Shown: positions 37,859 through 48,140 of the stretch, in pieces
Position numbering within the stretch: the first letter of the stretch is position 1
Layout: every line of letters starts with the position of its first letter
From: Candidatus Latescibacterota bacterium
Lineage (GTDB): Bacteria > Latescibacterota > UBA2968 > UBA8231
Direction: 5' to 3'
Assembly (NCBI GenBank): GCA_965203355.1
Contig: OZ241889.1
Coordinates: 3,616,001-3,680,000 of the forward strand
Length of the DNA stretch: 64,000 nt
Notes under the pieces: generated by a model
Told to the model about the DNA's origin: nothing
Seen by the model: the letters and a program-made list of their open reading frames with translations, nothing else
The model's database searches: none
Program-made: the position numbers and the translations under genes

Positions 37859-38998
37859 TTACCTCGCGGGCTGCCAGACGCGGTGGCGGCGCCCCATGAG
37901 GAAGCTCAGCAGCCCCAGCAGCGTACCCCAGTTGGTAGCAGTGAAATAGGCCGGCACGTAGAACAGCCCATAGCGCCCGAGCCGCTCCGGCCACAACAGG
38001 CCCAGCACCGCCAAGCCATAGAAAGCCACTTGCAGCGCGAGCAACAGGCCGTAGTATTCGCGCCCGGCCAACGGGATATTGACCGCCAGCACGACCAACA
38101 GCCAGACCGGCACCAGCCAGCGAAGCAGCTTGTGGGAAAACATCTGAAACGCAAAAAAAAAGTGCGTCAATGGGTTGAGCACGCCCGCCTCGGTCCACAG
38201 CCCGTAGAGCGAGCGCGAGACAATGCGGCGGCGGCGGCGGCACTCATCGCCAAAGCGGCCGCTGCTGTACTCGGTGGCCACGGCCGTTGGCTCGTACGCA
38301 ATGCGAAAGCCGCGCCGCCAAGCCCGCAGGGGCGCGACAAAATCGCTGATAACATCGCCGGGCAACTCGACGAACAGCGCGCGCCGAAGCGCGTAGATCG
38401 CCCCATTGGCGCCTAGCGCAGAGCTGAGCAAGCTCTCCCGCCGCTTGAGAAACTGCTCGTAGCACCAGTACAGGCCCTCGCCCTTGCCCGCGCCTTGCTC
38501 GTCCGGGTTGGCGTATTGCAACTCGCCGCAGACGCAGCCGATTCGCCCGTCGGCAAAAGGGGCCAACAGCCGCTTGAGCGCGCTGGGCGCGTACAGGCTA
38601 TTGGCGTCAGAAAACGCGACAAACTCCCCTCTCGCCAAGCGCACCCCGGCGTTTTGCGCCTCGGTCTTGCCCCGGCGGACCGCCTGCCGGTGTAGCCGCA
38701 CCCCGCGCCCGGCAAATTCGGCGGCAATGCGGTCGGTGCCATCGGTCGAGGCATCCGAGACGACGATGATGTCGAGCCGCTCAGCCGGATAGTCCATGGC
38801 CAGCGCATTTTCTAGCTTAGCGCGCAACACGGCTTCTTCGTTGTGCGCGGCAATAATCAACGAGGCGGCGGGCCATTCGCCGAGCGGCGCGTACTCGGGC
38901 CGCTGGCGGCCAGCCGCCAAGAGCCACAGCAAAACCGGATAGATCAGATAGGTATAGACGATGAGGAATAAAGCGGCCCAAAAAATGGCGACGAGCAT
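37859..38998 (-). CDS. Glycosyltransferase family 2
   Basis: 'IIAAHNEE', 'VSDASTDGT', 'GKTEAQN', 'FSDAN', 'GANGAIYA', 'SHKLLRW'. Confidence 0.9.
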   Translation of the reverse strand: MLVAIFWAALFLIVYTYLIYPVLLWLLAAGRQRPEYAPLGEWPAASLIIAAHNEEAVLRAKLENALAMDYPAERLDIIVVSDASTDGTDRIAAEFAGRGVRLHRQAVRRGKTEAQNAGVRLARGEFVAFSDANSLYAPSALKRLLAPFADGRIGCVCGELQYANPDEQGAGKGEGLYWCYEQFLKRRESLLSSALGANGAIYALRRALFVELPGDVISDFVAPLRAWRRGFRIAYEPTAVATEYSSGRFGDECRRRRRIVSRSLYGLWTEAGVLNPLTHFFFAFQMFSHKLLRWLVPVWLLVVLAVNIPLAGREYYGLLLALQVAFYGLAVLGLLWPERLGRYGLFYVPAYFTATNWGTLLGLLSFLMGRRHRVWQPAR

Positions 38999-39108
38999 GG
39001 GATTCTAGCGGTAGGAGACCGTTCTCGTTATATTTTCGTCCTTTGTGTCCATTTGTGCAACCGCGCATGGTCCGCGCTGAATGGGCCTAAGTCGCCCGCA
39101 GTTTCGCC

Positions 39109-40266
39109 TTAGCCCAGCACGTCCTCGTACAGCGCGTAGATCTGCGCCGCCACCCGGCGATAGTCGTAACGCGACTCGGCCTGCCGGCGGATCGCCGCGC
39201 GGTCGTAGCGGTCGTATTCGTCTAGCACCGCGAGGATGCCCGCCGCCAAGTCCTCGGCGTCGCCGACCGCCACGAGCCGCCCGACCGCCTCATTGACGAT
39301 CTCGGCCGGGCCTCCGCAGCGCGTGGCGACCACCGGCAAGCCACAAGCCATGGCTTCGATTAGCGACGTGGTCAAGCCTTCGCTAAAACTGGGCAGCACG
39401 AACAGATCGGCAGCGGCCATATAAGGCGGCAACTCCTCCCACGGCACCGCATCCTCAAACGACACATGCTCGGACAGGTTCAAGGCCCTGACTTGCGGGC
39501 GGAAAGGCTCGGCGGTCCCGGTCGCCGGGTGGCCGCCGATCAAGGTCAACGAGACATCGCGGCCCTGACGGCGCACCTTAGCCAGTGCCGCCAGCAAGAC
39601 GCGCAACCCCTTTGCCTCGACAAATCGGCCCACGTACAGTAGGCGCCACTTTTCTTTATGGGGCGGGTGCGAACCAGCCGCCGCAAAGAGCCGACAGTCA
39701 ACGCCATTGGGAATGCAGCGAACCTTGTCGGCCAAAACACCCAACTGCACAACCTCGCGGCGCAACTCTTGGCTGACGGCAATAACGGCCGCCGCTTGCG
39801 TTAGGGCTTCAACTATCCGTTGCCGCCACTGGGGCTTGAGCTGGGGCAAAACTTTGACGTCGGAACCGTGGACCGTAATGACGACGGGCCGACCGATTTG
39901 CGCGCCATACTCAATAGCGGCTCGACCGTCGGGATAGGCGCAGTGCGCGTGAATGAGGTCCGGCACCTCCTCGACCGCGTTGCACAAAGCTCTGAGGTGA
40001 AAACGCCACTGCTCGGAAAAGAAAATTCGCCGTGGTACGGCAAAGCGGCGGGGGTGCCGCACCTCGATTCCGTCTAGCACTTGGCGGCGGGGGACGCGGC
40101 GATAGGCACTCCACAACCCAAATCCCGGCAGGGGAAACCAAGGCACCGGTGCCACAACCGCTAGTTGACAATGCGCTGTGAGGAAACGCACCTGATTGTG
40201 GACAAAACTTCCGTAGAGCTTGGATACGACGTTGGGGTAGAGATGCGATAGCACCAAAACTTTCAC
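39109..40266 (-). CDS. Glycosyltransferase family 4
   Basis: 'TVHGSD', 'IPNGVD', 'LYVGRFVEAKG', 'FVLPSFSEG...EAMACGLPVVAT'. Confidence 0.92.
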   Translation of the reverse strand: MKVLVLSHLYPNVVSKLYGSFVHNQVRFLTAHCQLAVVAPVPWFPLPGFGLWSAYRRVPRRQVLDGIEVRHPRRFAVPRRIFFSEQWRFHLRALCNAVEEVPDLIHAHCAYPDGRAAIEYGAQIGRPVVITVHGSDVKVLPQLKPQWRQRIVEALTQAAAVIAVSQELRREVVQLGVLADKVRCIPNGVDCRLFAAAGSHPPHKEKWRLLYVGRFVEAKGLRVLLAALAKVRRQGRDVSLTLIGGHPATGTAEPFRPQVRALNLSEHVSFEDAVPWEELPPYMAAADLFVLPSFSEGLTTSLIEAMACGLPVVATRCGGPAEIVNEAVGRLVAVGDAEDLAAGILAVLDEYDRYDRAAIRRQAESRYDYRRVAAQIYALYEDVLG

Positions 40267-41714
40267 GGCTGGTCCTCGCGCTCTTCAAGCGCTGGCACGG
40301 CAAACATAACTCCTGTGAACATCCACAAGAAATTGTTGGCAAACTCGCCGGTGAAGGTGAGGCTGACTTGGAAGGTGACGAAAATCGCCACCAGCGCAAT
40401 CATCACACTGCGCAAGTACTCGTCCTGCATGAGCCTGATATGCTTGAGCGCAAAAGCCAAGACGCGCCAGACGATCCAGATGGCGGCCAACATCCCCACA
40501 ATCCCGAGCTCGGCGATGATGGTCGCAAACAAGGTATGCGACTCGCGCGTCGGCAACCAATGGGGAAAACCGGCTGGCTTGTAGTCTTCAAAGACGACCG
40601 GAAAAGCACGCCAACCGACCCCGAGCAAGGGATGGGTTAAGAACATTTTGAATCCGGCGATGGCAAAGTAAACCCGCGCGGTACTCGAAGCTCGGCTGTC
40701 CGCGCCAAACTCCCCAAACAGCGAGAAGATCGAATAGAACCGCTCGAAAATGTAATCGGCAAAAGAGACGTAGTTCTTGATGGCCAAGATGGCGACGCAA
40801 AATGCTATCGCAACGTAAAAGAGATAGCGCAATTTACCTGACAAAAGCAGCAACACGACCAGCCCCACGCCCAGCGCGACCCAATTGCTGCGGCTGAAGG
40901 TGAGGACCAAGGCCACGATGCCCAATCCAATAGCCAGCAACAACAGCAGCCGCTTCCACCAGCACAGCTTGGGTACCAAAAAAATTCCAGCCATGAAGAG
41001 GATACTCACGGCGAGAAAGGTGCCGAAGATATTGGGATTGCGATAGGTCCCAGAAGCGCGCGGCGTATTGGCTCCCACGCTAGAAACCACGCTCGCCGGC
41101 AGGTAGAATTGCTCCGAGATGATCTGGAACACAGCCAGCACGGACGCGCCCGCCAAGACGACTCCGAGTGACACAATCGTCAGGTTGAGCACGCGACGCG
41201 AGTCGATGAGCACTTGGGTCATATAGAGAAATAAGGACAAAAAGACGATGCGAAAGAAACTAATCGTGGCTTCGGGTTGGTTGGGTGAATAAGTGAGAGA
41301 AACCGCCATACAACCGAGAAACAGCACGAGCGGTGCTTGTATTTCGAGCGGTGGGAAAGTGCGGCGCTTTTGAAGAAAAATGTGGCTGGCTAACCCAATG
41401 AAGAGCAGGACAAACGACAGATGAAAGCCGGTGACCGACACCCCGAGGGCGGTTGTTTGGATGACGCGCCCGGCCGAATCCAAGGCCGTGGTGACAATGA
41501 TTGCTGGAATCGCGAGCCAAGGATATAAGGTCAGGAGGCACAACCCGAGCCACAACACAATGACGAGCACCGCGCCCCCCAAACCCCACAATGCTTGTTC
41601 GCGTGGCAAGAAGAGAACAGCGACCAAAAACGCTACTTGGACCAATAGAAAAACAGCAAACCCTTTGTAGCCCATTTTGGTCAAATTGGCGCGCTGTTGG
41701 ACCCATTGCGTCAT
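40263..41714 (-). CDS. O-antigen ligase/polymerase family membrane protein
   Basis: Multi-TM; 'RASGTYRNPN', 'LTFSRS', 'HPLLGVG', 'SHTLF..IIAELGIVG'. Confidence 0.85.
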   Translation of the reverse strand: MTQWVQQRANLTKMGYKGFAVFLLVQVAFLVAVLFLPREQALWGLGGAVLVIVLWLGLCLLTLYPWLAIPAIIVTTALDSAGRVIQTTALGVSVTGFHLSFVLLFIGLASHIFLQKRRTFPPLEIQAPLVLFLGCMAVSLTYSPNQPEATISFFRIVFLSLFLYMTQVLIDSRRVLNLTIVSLGVVLAGASVLAVFQIISEQFYLPASVVSSVGANTPRASGTYRNPNIFGTFLAVSILFMAGIFLVPKLCWWKRLLLLLAIGLGIVALVLTFSRSNWVALGVGLVVLLLLSGKLRYLFYVAIAFCVAILAIKNYVSFADYIFERFYSIFSLFGEFGADSRASSTARVYFAIAGFKMFLTHPLLGVGWRAFPVVFEDYKPAGFPHWLPTRESHTLFATIIAELGIVGMLAAIWIVWRVLAFALKHIRLMQDEYLRSVMIALVAIFVTFQVSLTFTGEFANNFLWMFTGVMFAVPALEEREDQP

Positions 41715-41721
41715 GTCGTAA

Positions 41722-43062
41722 TTACGCGCGAATAAAGGCGAGAACCTCGTCCCGCTTTTCGGCCATGCGGTCCGCCGAGCGGGCCTCTAGGTTGAGTCGC
41801 AACAGCGGCTCGGTATTGGAGGGCCGCACGTTGAAGTGCCAGTCGTCGTAGCAGACCGAAATCCCATCGAGGCGCAGGATGCGACCGTCTTGGTAGCGGT
41901 CGGCTAAGGCGGCAATTTTGGCGGCCGGGTCCGCGACCTCGGAGTTGATTTCAGAGGACGTGAAGTACTGGCGCTCTAGTGGCGCTAGCAGCTCGGAGAG
42001 CTGGACCCCGCGCTGCGACAGCAATTCTAGCATCACCAGCGACGGCACAATGCCGGAATCCGCGCCAAAGAAGTCGCGGAAGTAGTAGTGACCGCTCAGT
42101 TCGCCAGCGAAAACAGCGCCTTCCTCAAACATCCTCGGCTTGAGAAACGAATGGCCGACGCGCTCGATCAGCGGGGTGCCGCCAGCGGCTTTTACGAGGT
42201 CGGGCACGGCCCACGAGCAGCGCACGTCGTACACGATTTTGGCCCCGGGGTCGCGCTCCAACATGTAGCAGGCCATCAGCGCGGTCGCAAAATCGCCGGG
42301 CACAAAGCGGCCCCGATCGTCAATGATGAAGAAGCGGTCGCCATCGCCGTCAAAGGCAAACCCGACGTCGGCCCCTTCGGCCAGGACGCGGCGCTCTAAA
42401 TCGGCGCGGTTTTGCGGCTGCATGGGATCGAGGCCGTGGTTGGGCAGGCGACCATCCGGCTTTAGGTACATGCCGACAAACTCAATGGGCAACCGCTCGT
42501 ACACCGCTTGCAAGATCGGCCCGACCATGCCATTGCCCGTATCGGCTACTACCTTGAGCGGCTTGATGCGGGCCGGGTCCACGAGGCTCAACACCTTGTC
42601 GATGAAGCCCGAGGTCACGTCCTCAACTCGAACCGCGCCCGGCCTGCGCCCCTCGCCCCAGCTTTCCGCAGTCACGAGGCGGCGCAGATCTTGGATCCCG
42701 GATTCGCCGCTGAGCAGGTAGGGCATTTGGCGCACCATCTTGAAGCCGCAGTATTCGGGCGGGTTGTGCGAAGCCGTCACCATCGCGCCCGGCCGGTCCA
42801 AGGTGGCACAGGCATAGTAGTACTGATCGGTACTGACCATGCCGATGTCGATGACGTCCGCGCCTTGATCGACGAGGCCGCGCACGAGGTGCTCTTTTAT
42901 GGCCGGACTCGAAAGGCGCATGTCGCGCCCGACGACGACCTCCTCGCACTTTAGCAAAGCCACCAAGGCGCGGCCTATGGCGTAGGCCACCTCTTGGCTC
43001 AGAGGGTCGGGATAGATGCCGCGGATATCGTACGCTTTGAAGATGGAAGGATCGACCTGCAT
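41722..43062 (-). CDS. manB: Phosphomannomutase/phosphoglucomutase
   Basis: 'IFKAYDIRG', 'TASHNP', 'FDGDGDR', 'GELSGHYYF', 'RPSNTEPLLRLN'. Confidence 0.92.
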   Translation of the reverse strand: MQVDPSIFKAYDIRGIYPDPLSQEVAYAIGRALVALLKCEEVVVGRDMRLSSPAIKEHLVRGLVDQGADVIDIGMVSTDQYYYACATLDRPGAMVTASHNPPEYCGFKMVRQMPYLLSGESGIQDLRRLVTAESWGEGRRPGAVRVEDVTSGFIDKVLSLVDPARIKPLKVVADTGNGMVGPILQAVYERLPIEFVGMYLKPDGRLPNHGLDPMQPQNRADLERRVLAEGADVGFAFDGDGDRFFIIDDRGRFVPGDFATALMACYMLERDPGAKIVYDVRCSWAVPDLVKAAGGTPLIERVGHSFLKPRMFEEGAVFAGELSGHYYFRDFFGADSGIVPSLVMLELLSQRGVQLSELLAPLERQYFTSSEINSEVADPAAKIAALADRYQDGRILRLDGISVCYDDWHFNVRPSNTEPLLRLNLEARSADRMAEKRDEVLAFIRA

Positions 43063-43064
43063 AC

Positions 43065-44135
43065 TCAGACAAAGTGGCGCAGCGTAATGTCGAGCGCACG
43101 CACATCGCCCGCCGCCGATTGGTGCTGCACTAGAATCGGGCTTTGGTACGCGCCCTGCAGGATAGGGTCCGCCCCGGTGTTGGCACTGTCTGAGACCAGC
43201 AGCCGGATGTGGCGCTTGAGGCGCAAGATGCGCTGGGCGGGCGTTGACAACACCGAAAAGATGCGGTTGATGACGGACCGACCCACCGGCACTTGGTCGA
43301 GTAATTCGTTGTAGAAGCGGAGGGAATCGTACGCCGCGTACGCGTGCATCTTGCCGGGGATGGAGGCCGGAGACCGCAAGAGCCGCTTGCCGCGCTGGAA
43401 CACGTAGCGCAGCGGATCGCTGAGGGCTTGGGGTAAGTCGTTGCGCATCAATAGGGTCTCGTACTCATTGACGGTCATGCCGACGTGCTTTTCCTCTGGC
43501 GCGAGGCGGATGTCAATGCAGCCTTTGTCAATGCCGCATTGACGCAGCCACTCGGCGAGCGTCGCAAAGAGGCCGTAGCGCGGGTCCTTGAGGTTGAAAG
43601 CATCAATCGCATGGCTACCACTCACCGGAATCTCCACCCGCCCGCGATGGACGATTTCGGCGCGATTGTAGGCCATGATCGCAGTATGCCGACGGCGCAC
43701 GTAATCCTTGTAGATGCCATCTAGCTCAATGAAGTACACCGGCTCCTCGGGGCGGTGGATATAGGTCACGCAGTTTTTGAGACCGGCGGCGATAAAGGTC
43801 AGGTGCGAGTCGGCGTTGACCGGCTCCTTTTCCTTTTCGCCCGCGCTCAGCTCGTCGCGTAGCTGCATGCGGTCGTGGAAATAGCCGGCGTTGTAGGGAA
43901 ATATCTTTTGGATGGCGCGGATGAAAGGGTCGATCTGCTTGCGGCTGTGGCCCAAGCGCCTACTCATGCCCTGCTCTAGATAGCCGGCCGTGGTGTGCAA
44001 CGAACAGTACGCGGCCTTGCGAAAGGCACCCAACTCGTCGCCGACTTGCTGGCGAATCAACTCGGAGGCGTTGATAAGGGCAAAGCGTCGCGGGGGGCGG
44101 ATGGTTAGGTTGATTTCTACGGGTTGCCGAGCCAT
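43065..44135 (-). CDS. YjbQ/UPF0047-like protein, apparently with two tandem domains
   Basis: 'HTTAGYLEQ', 'NADSHLTFI' and 'YFIELDG..R' in the N-half; degenerate 'HVGMTVNE...LQGAYQSPILVQ...RALDI' in the C-half. Confidence 0.55.
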   Translation of the reverse strand: MARQPVEINLTIRPPRRFALINASELIRQQVGDELGAFRKAAYCSLHTTAGYLEQGMSRRLGHSRKQIDPFIRAIQKIFPYNAGYFHDRMQLRDELSAGEKEKEPVNADSHLTFIAAGLKNCVTYIHRPEEPVYFIELDGIYKDYVRRRHTAIMAYNRAEIVHRGRVEIPVSGSHAIDAFNLKDPRYGLFATLAEWLRQCGIDKGCIDIRLAPEEKHVGMTVNEYETLLMRNDLPQALSDPLRYVFQRGKRLLRSPASIPGKMHAYAAYDSLRFYNELLDQVPVGRSVINRIFSVLSTPAQRILRLKRHIRLLVSDSANTGADPILQGAYQSPILVQHQSAAGDVRALDITLRHFV

Positions 44136-44250
44136 AAAACAAATCCTGAGTCGCGTTTGTATCGAGTGCCGACACGCACTATCTTGCCGATGCCTAAAAA
44201 TACCCTCTAGTAAATGCGTACGCAACCAAAGACGTTCCTTATTAATTCCC

Positions 44251-44748
44251 ATGAAAACCTTGCTCATCATGCGCCACGCCAAATCGGCTTATCCGCCCGG
44301 GCTAAGCGACGATTTCGACCGCCCGCTCAACAAGCGCGGCCGTGCGGATTTGCCGCGCATCGCCCACCTGCTCGCAGCGTACGGCCCGCGTCCCGATCTC
44401 GTGCTGACCTCGACCGCCCGCCGGGCGCGGCAGACAGCCACCGGCCTGGCCGAATCCCTCGGCCTGCCGGCGAGTGCCTTGCGCTTGGACGACGCGCTCT
44501 ACCTCGCCTCCCCCAGCGCGTTGACCCAAGCGGCAACCGACCTGCCAGACCGCGTCCAGACCAGCCTCATCGTCGCCCACAATCCAGGGCTGGAGGCGTG
44601 GATCGGTGCGCTGACCGGGGCGCACATCGCCCTGCCCACTGGCGGCTTAGCCGCCGTCGAATTGGGCATCCACACTTGGGCAGCAATAAGTCGCGGACGC
44701 TTGCTCTACTTCGCCGGGCCGCGGCTGATAAAAGCCCTAACTAAATGA
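44251..44748 (+). CDS. sixA: Phosphohistidine phosphatase SixA family
   Basis: 'MKTLLIMRHAKS...DFDRPLNKRG...STARRARQT...LY.A...VAHNPG'. Confidence 0.85.
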   Translation: MKTLLIMRHAKSAYPPGLSDDFDRPLNKRGRADLPRIAHLLAAYGPRPDLVLTSTARRARQTATGLAESLGLPASALRLDDALYLASPSALTQAATDLPDRVQTSLIVAHNPGLEAWIGALTGAHIALPTGGLAAVELGIHTWAAISRGRLLYFAGPRLIKALTK

Positions 44749-44814
44749 CAATGACAGTTGACGAATGTCGCGGGGATGGCTTATTTTTCAACAACTCACC
44801 CGGAGACAACGCGC

Positions 44815-45288
44815 ATGAACCTGTTGGACATTCTGTCGCCCGAATCCATCCTAGTTGACCTCAAAGGAGAATCCAAAGAGGAAATCATCACCGAATTGGT
44901 CAACTCGCTTCCAGCCGGCGACGCGATCACCGACCGCGCCCAAGCATTGCAAGCCGTAATTGAACGCGAAAAAATCATGAGCACGGGTATTGGCGACGGC
45001 ATCGCCATCCCCCACGGCAAGTCGGCCGCGGTGACCGAATTGGTCGCCGCTATGGGCACCCAGCGGCGGGGCATGGATTTCGACGCCCTCGACGGCGAGC
45101 CAGCCTATGTGTTCTTCCTGCTGGTTTCTCCGACCAACATCTCCGGCCCCCACATCAAGGCACTGGCGCGGATTTCGCGCTTGCTCAAAAACGAAGCATT
45201 CAAGAAAAAGCTCATCGACGCAAATTCAGCCGAGGAAATCATCGCCACCATCCAAGCGGCCGAGCGCGATATTCCTGCTGCGAACTAG
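44815..45288 (+). CDS. PTS IIA component (Fru/Ntr, PtsN-like)
   Basis: 'EREKIMSTGIGDGIAIPHGK', 'DFDALDGEP', 'HIKALARISRLL'. Confidence 0.88.
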   Translation: MNLLDILSPESILVDLKGESKEEIITELVNSLPAGDAITDRAQALQAVIEREKIMSTGIGDGIAIPHGKSAAVTELVAAMGTQRRGMDFDALDGEPAYVFFLLVSPTNISGPHIKALARISRLLKNEAFKKKLIDANSAEEIIATIQAAERDIPAAN

Positions 45289-45306
45289 TGCCGCCCCTTC
45301 CCCATC

Positions 45307-47376
45307 TTGCAGTTTCTCAATCCCGCGGTCCTTTTCGGCCTAGCCGCCGCCGCCCTACCGCTAGCCATCCACCTGCTGCATCGAGGGCGTGCCCAGCCCC
45401 ATCCTTTCAGCGATTTCGCCTTTCTGCGCCAGTTACAGCAAAGCCGCATGAGGCGGCTGCAACTGCGCCAGTGGCTGGTTCTCTTGCTGCGCACGCTCAT
45501 CATCGCGCTCATCGTCTGCGCCTTTGCGCGCCCGACGTATCGGGCTGGCAGCGGATGGGGCGGCGGTGATCGCCCGGTGGCCGTTCACGCGCTCTTGGAC
45601 CTGTCGTATAGCACTCGCTACCAGCGGCCTGCGGGCTCTTCTTTCGATCAACTCCAGCGTCAGCTCGGCGACCTGTTGGCCGTTTTACCCCCGCGCGATC
45701 AAGTGGTCGTGCAGCCTTTTGCCCAACGGCCCCGCGCCCCTTTTGCCGGCGACCGCGACTACTTAGCCGAGCGTCTGGCCGAGCTCGCGCCAACGCAAGA
45801 GGCGACCGACTTGCGCCCGGCCTTGCACGCAGCCGCTCAACGCTTCGACCAAGAATCCGCACTCGCAGCGCACGAGCTTTTCCTCTTTACCGATTTGGCC
45901 CAATACAACTGGGATCAACTCGGCGACTCGGTCCCGTCCTTTGCCGATGTGCGCGTCTATGTCGCTGGCCCGCACACCCAGCCGCGGCCAAACGCCTACG
46001 TCGAGCGCGTCGCAGCGCCGAGTTGGATGCTCGCGGCCAACGCCAAAGCCACCTTGCAAACCACCATTGCCCACAGTGGCGCGGGCACAACACTCGACCT
46101 GTTTGTCGATGGACAGCGCGTGCGCCGCCATAGCGTGGATCCGCAGGCACCGGGCACGACCCAACTAGCACTCAGCTTTTCGCCGCGCCGCCCCGGGCGG
46201 CTGAGTGGGCACGTTGCGCTCGCCGACGATGCGCTCGCGCTCGACAACCGCCGCTATTTCACGCTCGACCTACCCACCTCCATCACCGTGCTGCTATTAA
46301 GCGAACAGCCCGAAGGCGCGTACTATGTGCGCCGGGCACTCGGGGCGGCGGCGCGCTCCGATCCGGTCGTAAAAATCCGCACCGATCTTTTTGTCAACCT
46401 CGACGCCCCCACCCTCGCTGGCGTAGATGTGCTCGTGCTCTGCAATCTCGCCCGGCTGAGCGCGGCGCAAAAGGCGACCTTGGACGAGTTCGTCGCCCAG
46501 GGTGGGGGCGTGGTTCTCTTTCCCGCGCCGCACAGCGACCTCGGCTACTACAACCGAGACCTCTTGCCCGGCCTGACGGCGGGACGCTTCAAAAACCGGA
46601 TCGGCGCACCCGGCAACGCAGCCCACTATCAAGTCTTAGACGCGGACGAGCCGCACCACCCGCTTTTCAACGATCTCCTCGCCAGCGACGGCGATCAACC
46701 GCACTTCTACGCCTATTTCGCCCTAGTTCCCGCGCCCGACCTTTGGCCTTTGGTCCGCTTCGGCGATGGGCAACGCGCCTTGGTGCTATCTTGGCAGGAG
46801 CAAGGGCGCGTCGCGCTTGCGGCCTTCCCCATTGACCCGCAGTGGAACGACTTGCACCAACGCGGGCTATTCGCCCCCCTCCTGCACCGCTTGATGCGCG
46901 AGTTGAGCCTGCCGCCGGATCGCCACGCAACCTATTTGGTGGGAGAAACCGTTTATCGCCGCTTGGCCGATGTGCCCATGGCAGCGGTCGTAGAGGCCGA
47001 GACGCCGTCGGGCGAGCGCCTGCGCTTAGAGCCGGAGCCTATCGGCGGCCAATACCTGTGGAAAATTCCCCAAGTCAGCGAGGTTGGCATTTGGCGACTA
47101 CGCGCTGCGGGCGCCGAGGTTGATGCGTTCGCCGTCAACTTCGACGCCCGCGAATCCGCGCTAGCACCCGTCGCACCCGAGTACATACAGCGCATTTTCC
47201 CGGACGCCGAAGTCCATTTCCTCAACCCAAGCGACGACCCGCGCCACGCGGTCTTGGGCAACCGCCATGGCCGCGAGCTGTGGCGCGCATTCCTGCTTTT
47301 GGCCGTTGGCCTCCTCCTCGCCGAACAGTGGATCGCCCGGGCGCCGCGCGACGTTGTGGTGCGCCAAGCGGCATAG
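45307..47376 (+). CDS. BatA-type N-terminal double-TM protein with vWA-like and Ig/GATase-like domains
   Basis: 'FLNPAVLFGLAAAALPLAIHL...LLLLRTL...FARP', 'LLDLSYS', 'DDALALDNRRY', C-terminal 'ELWR..LLLA..LLLAE'. Confidence 0.8.
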   Translation: MQFLNPAVLFGLAAAALPLAIHLLHRGRAQPHPFSDFAFLRQLQQSRMRRLQLRQWLVLLLRTLIIALIVCAFARPTYRAGSGWGGGDRPVAVHALLDLSYSTRYQRPAGSSFDQLQRQLGDLLAVLPPRDQVVVQPFAQRPRAPFAGDRDYLAERLAELAPTQEATDLRPALHAAAQRFDQESALAAHELFLFTDLAQYNWDQLGDSVPSFADVRVYVAGPHTQPRPNAYVERVAAPSWMLAANAKATLQTTIAHSGAGTTLDLFVDGQRVRRHSVDPQAPGTTQLALSFSPRRPGRLSGHVALADDALALDNRRYFTLDLPTSITVLLLSEQPEGAYYVRRALGAAARSDPVVKIRTDLFVNLDAPTLAGVDVLVLCNLARLSAAQKATLDEFVAQGGGVVLFPAPHSDLGYYNRDLLPGLTAGRFKNRIGAPGNAAHYQVLDADEPHHPLFNDLLASDGDQPHFYAYFALVPAPDLWPLVRFGDGQRALVLSWQEQGRVALAAFPIDPQWNDLHQRGLFAPLLHRLMRELSLPPDRHATYLVGETVYRRLADVPMAAVVEAETPSGERLRLEPEPIGGQYLWKIPQVSEVGIWRLRAAGAEVDAFAVNFDARESALAPVAPEYIQRIFPDAEVHFLNPSDDPRHAVLGNRHGRELWRAFLLLAVGLLLAEQWIARAPRDVVVRQAA

Positions 47377-47388
47377 ACAAGGAGACAC

Positions 47389-47865
47389 GTGGAAAAAGTG
47401 AAAAACTATTTTGCTCGAGAACTAGTAGATACTATAGGAGCATTGTTATCTTTTTCGTGCGCGATCCACTGCGTGGCCATGCCGCTTTTAGTGACCATAC
47501 TGCCGTTAGTGGGGCTGGGGTTCCTCGCCAGTGAACGCGCGGAACTAATCATTATTGGCGCAATCGCGCTCGCATTAGGCCGCGTCGTTTGGGGCATTAG
47601 GCACCACAGGAGTTGGCGCGCATTTCTCATCCTCGTCGTGGCCGTAGCGTTCATCGCCACCGCCCACATTACGGCGGAAGGAATCTTTGAAGTAATCCTG
47701 CACGCAGCCGGCGGCGGCCTACTGGCGGCCGCCCATCTCCTAAATCGACACCTGTGTGCGATATGTCCCGCCTGTGAGCGCGAACACCCGGGTGATGATC
47801 ATTTCCCAAAATCCACCTCGCCTCATCCGCCCGCCGCTAGCGCGCGAAAAAATTCAAACGTATAA
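47389..47865 (+). CDS. MerC-domain membrane protein
   Basis: 'DTIGALLSFSCAIHCVAMPLL' and 'AAHLLN'; four TMs. Confidence 0.75.
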   Translation: MEKVKNYFARELVDTIGALLSFSCAIHCVAMPLLVTILPLVGLGFLASERAELIIIGAIALALGRVVWGIRHHRSWRAFLILVVAVAFIATAHITAEGIFEVILHAAGGGLLAAAHLLNRHLCAICPACEREHPGDDHFPKSTSPHPPAASARKNSNV

Positions 47866-48140
47866 ATGCCGTGGTCGTGCCCGTCGGCCCATTCAATGCG
47901 AATGCCGTAGCGCCCAACGTAGCTAATCCCTCGCACCTCGGCTGTGGCCGACGCGGCCTCGGGCGGCAAGAGCGTCAATCCGCCCGCATTCGCGTCGCGC
48001 AATTCCCGACAGTGAGCGCACGGACACGCGCGCCGCAAGCCCGCCAAATCGCAGCGGCTCTCGCGACCATTGCTCCACGCAATGATCAACTCGCCGGCCC
48101 GGTCATCCACGGCAATGTCCCGCGGCTTTGCCTTGTTCAA
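47823..48140 (-). CDS. DUF971 / gamma-butyrobetaine hydroxylase N-terminal-like protein
   Basis: 'LRRACPCAHC', 'VGRYGIRIEWADGHDHGIYTF'. Confidence 0.85.
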   Translation of the reverse strand: MNKAKPRDIAVDDRAGELIIAWSNGRESRCDLAGLRRACPCAHCRELRDANAGGLTLLPPEAASATAEVRGISYVGRYGIRIEWADGHDHGIYTFEFFRALAAGG

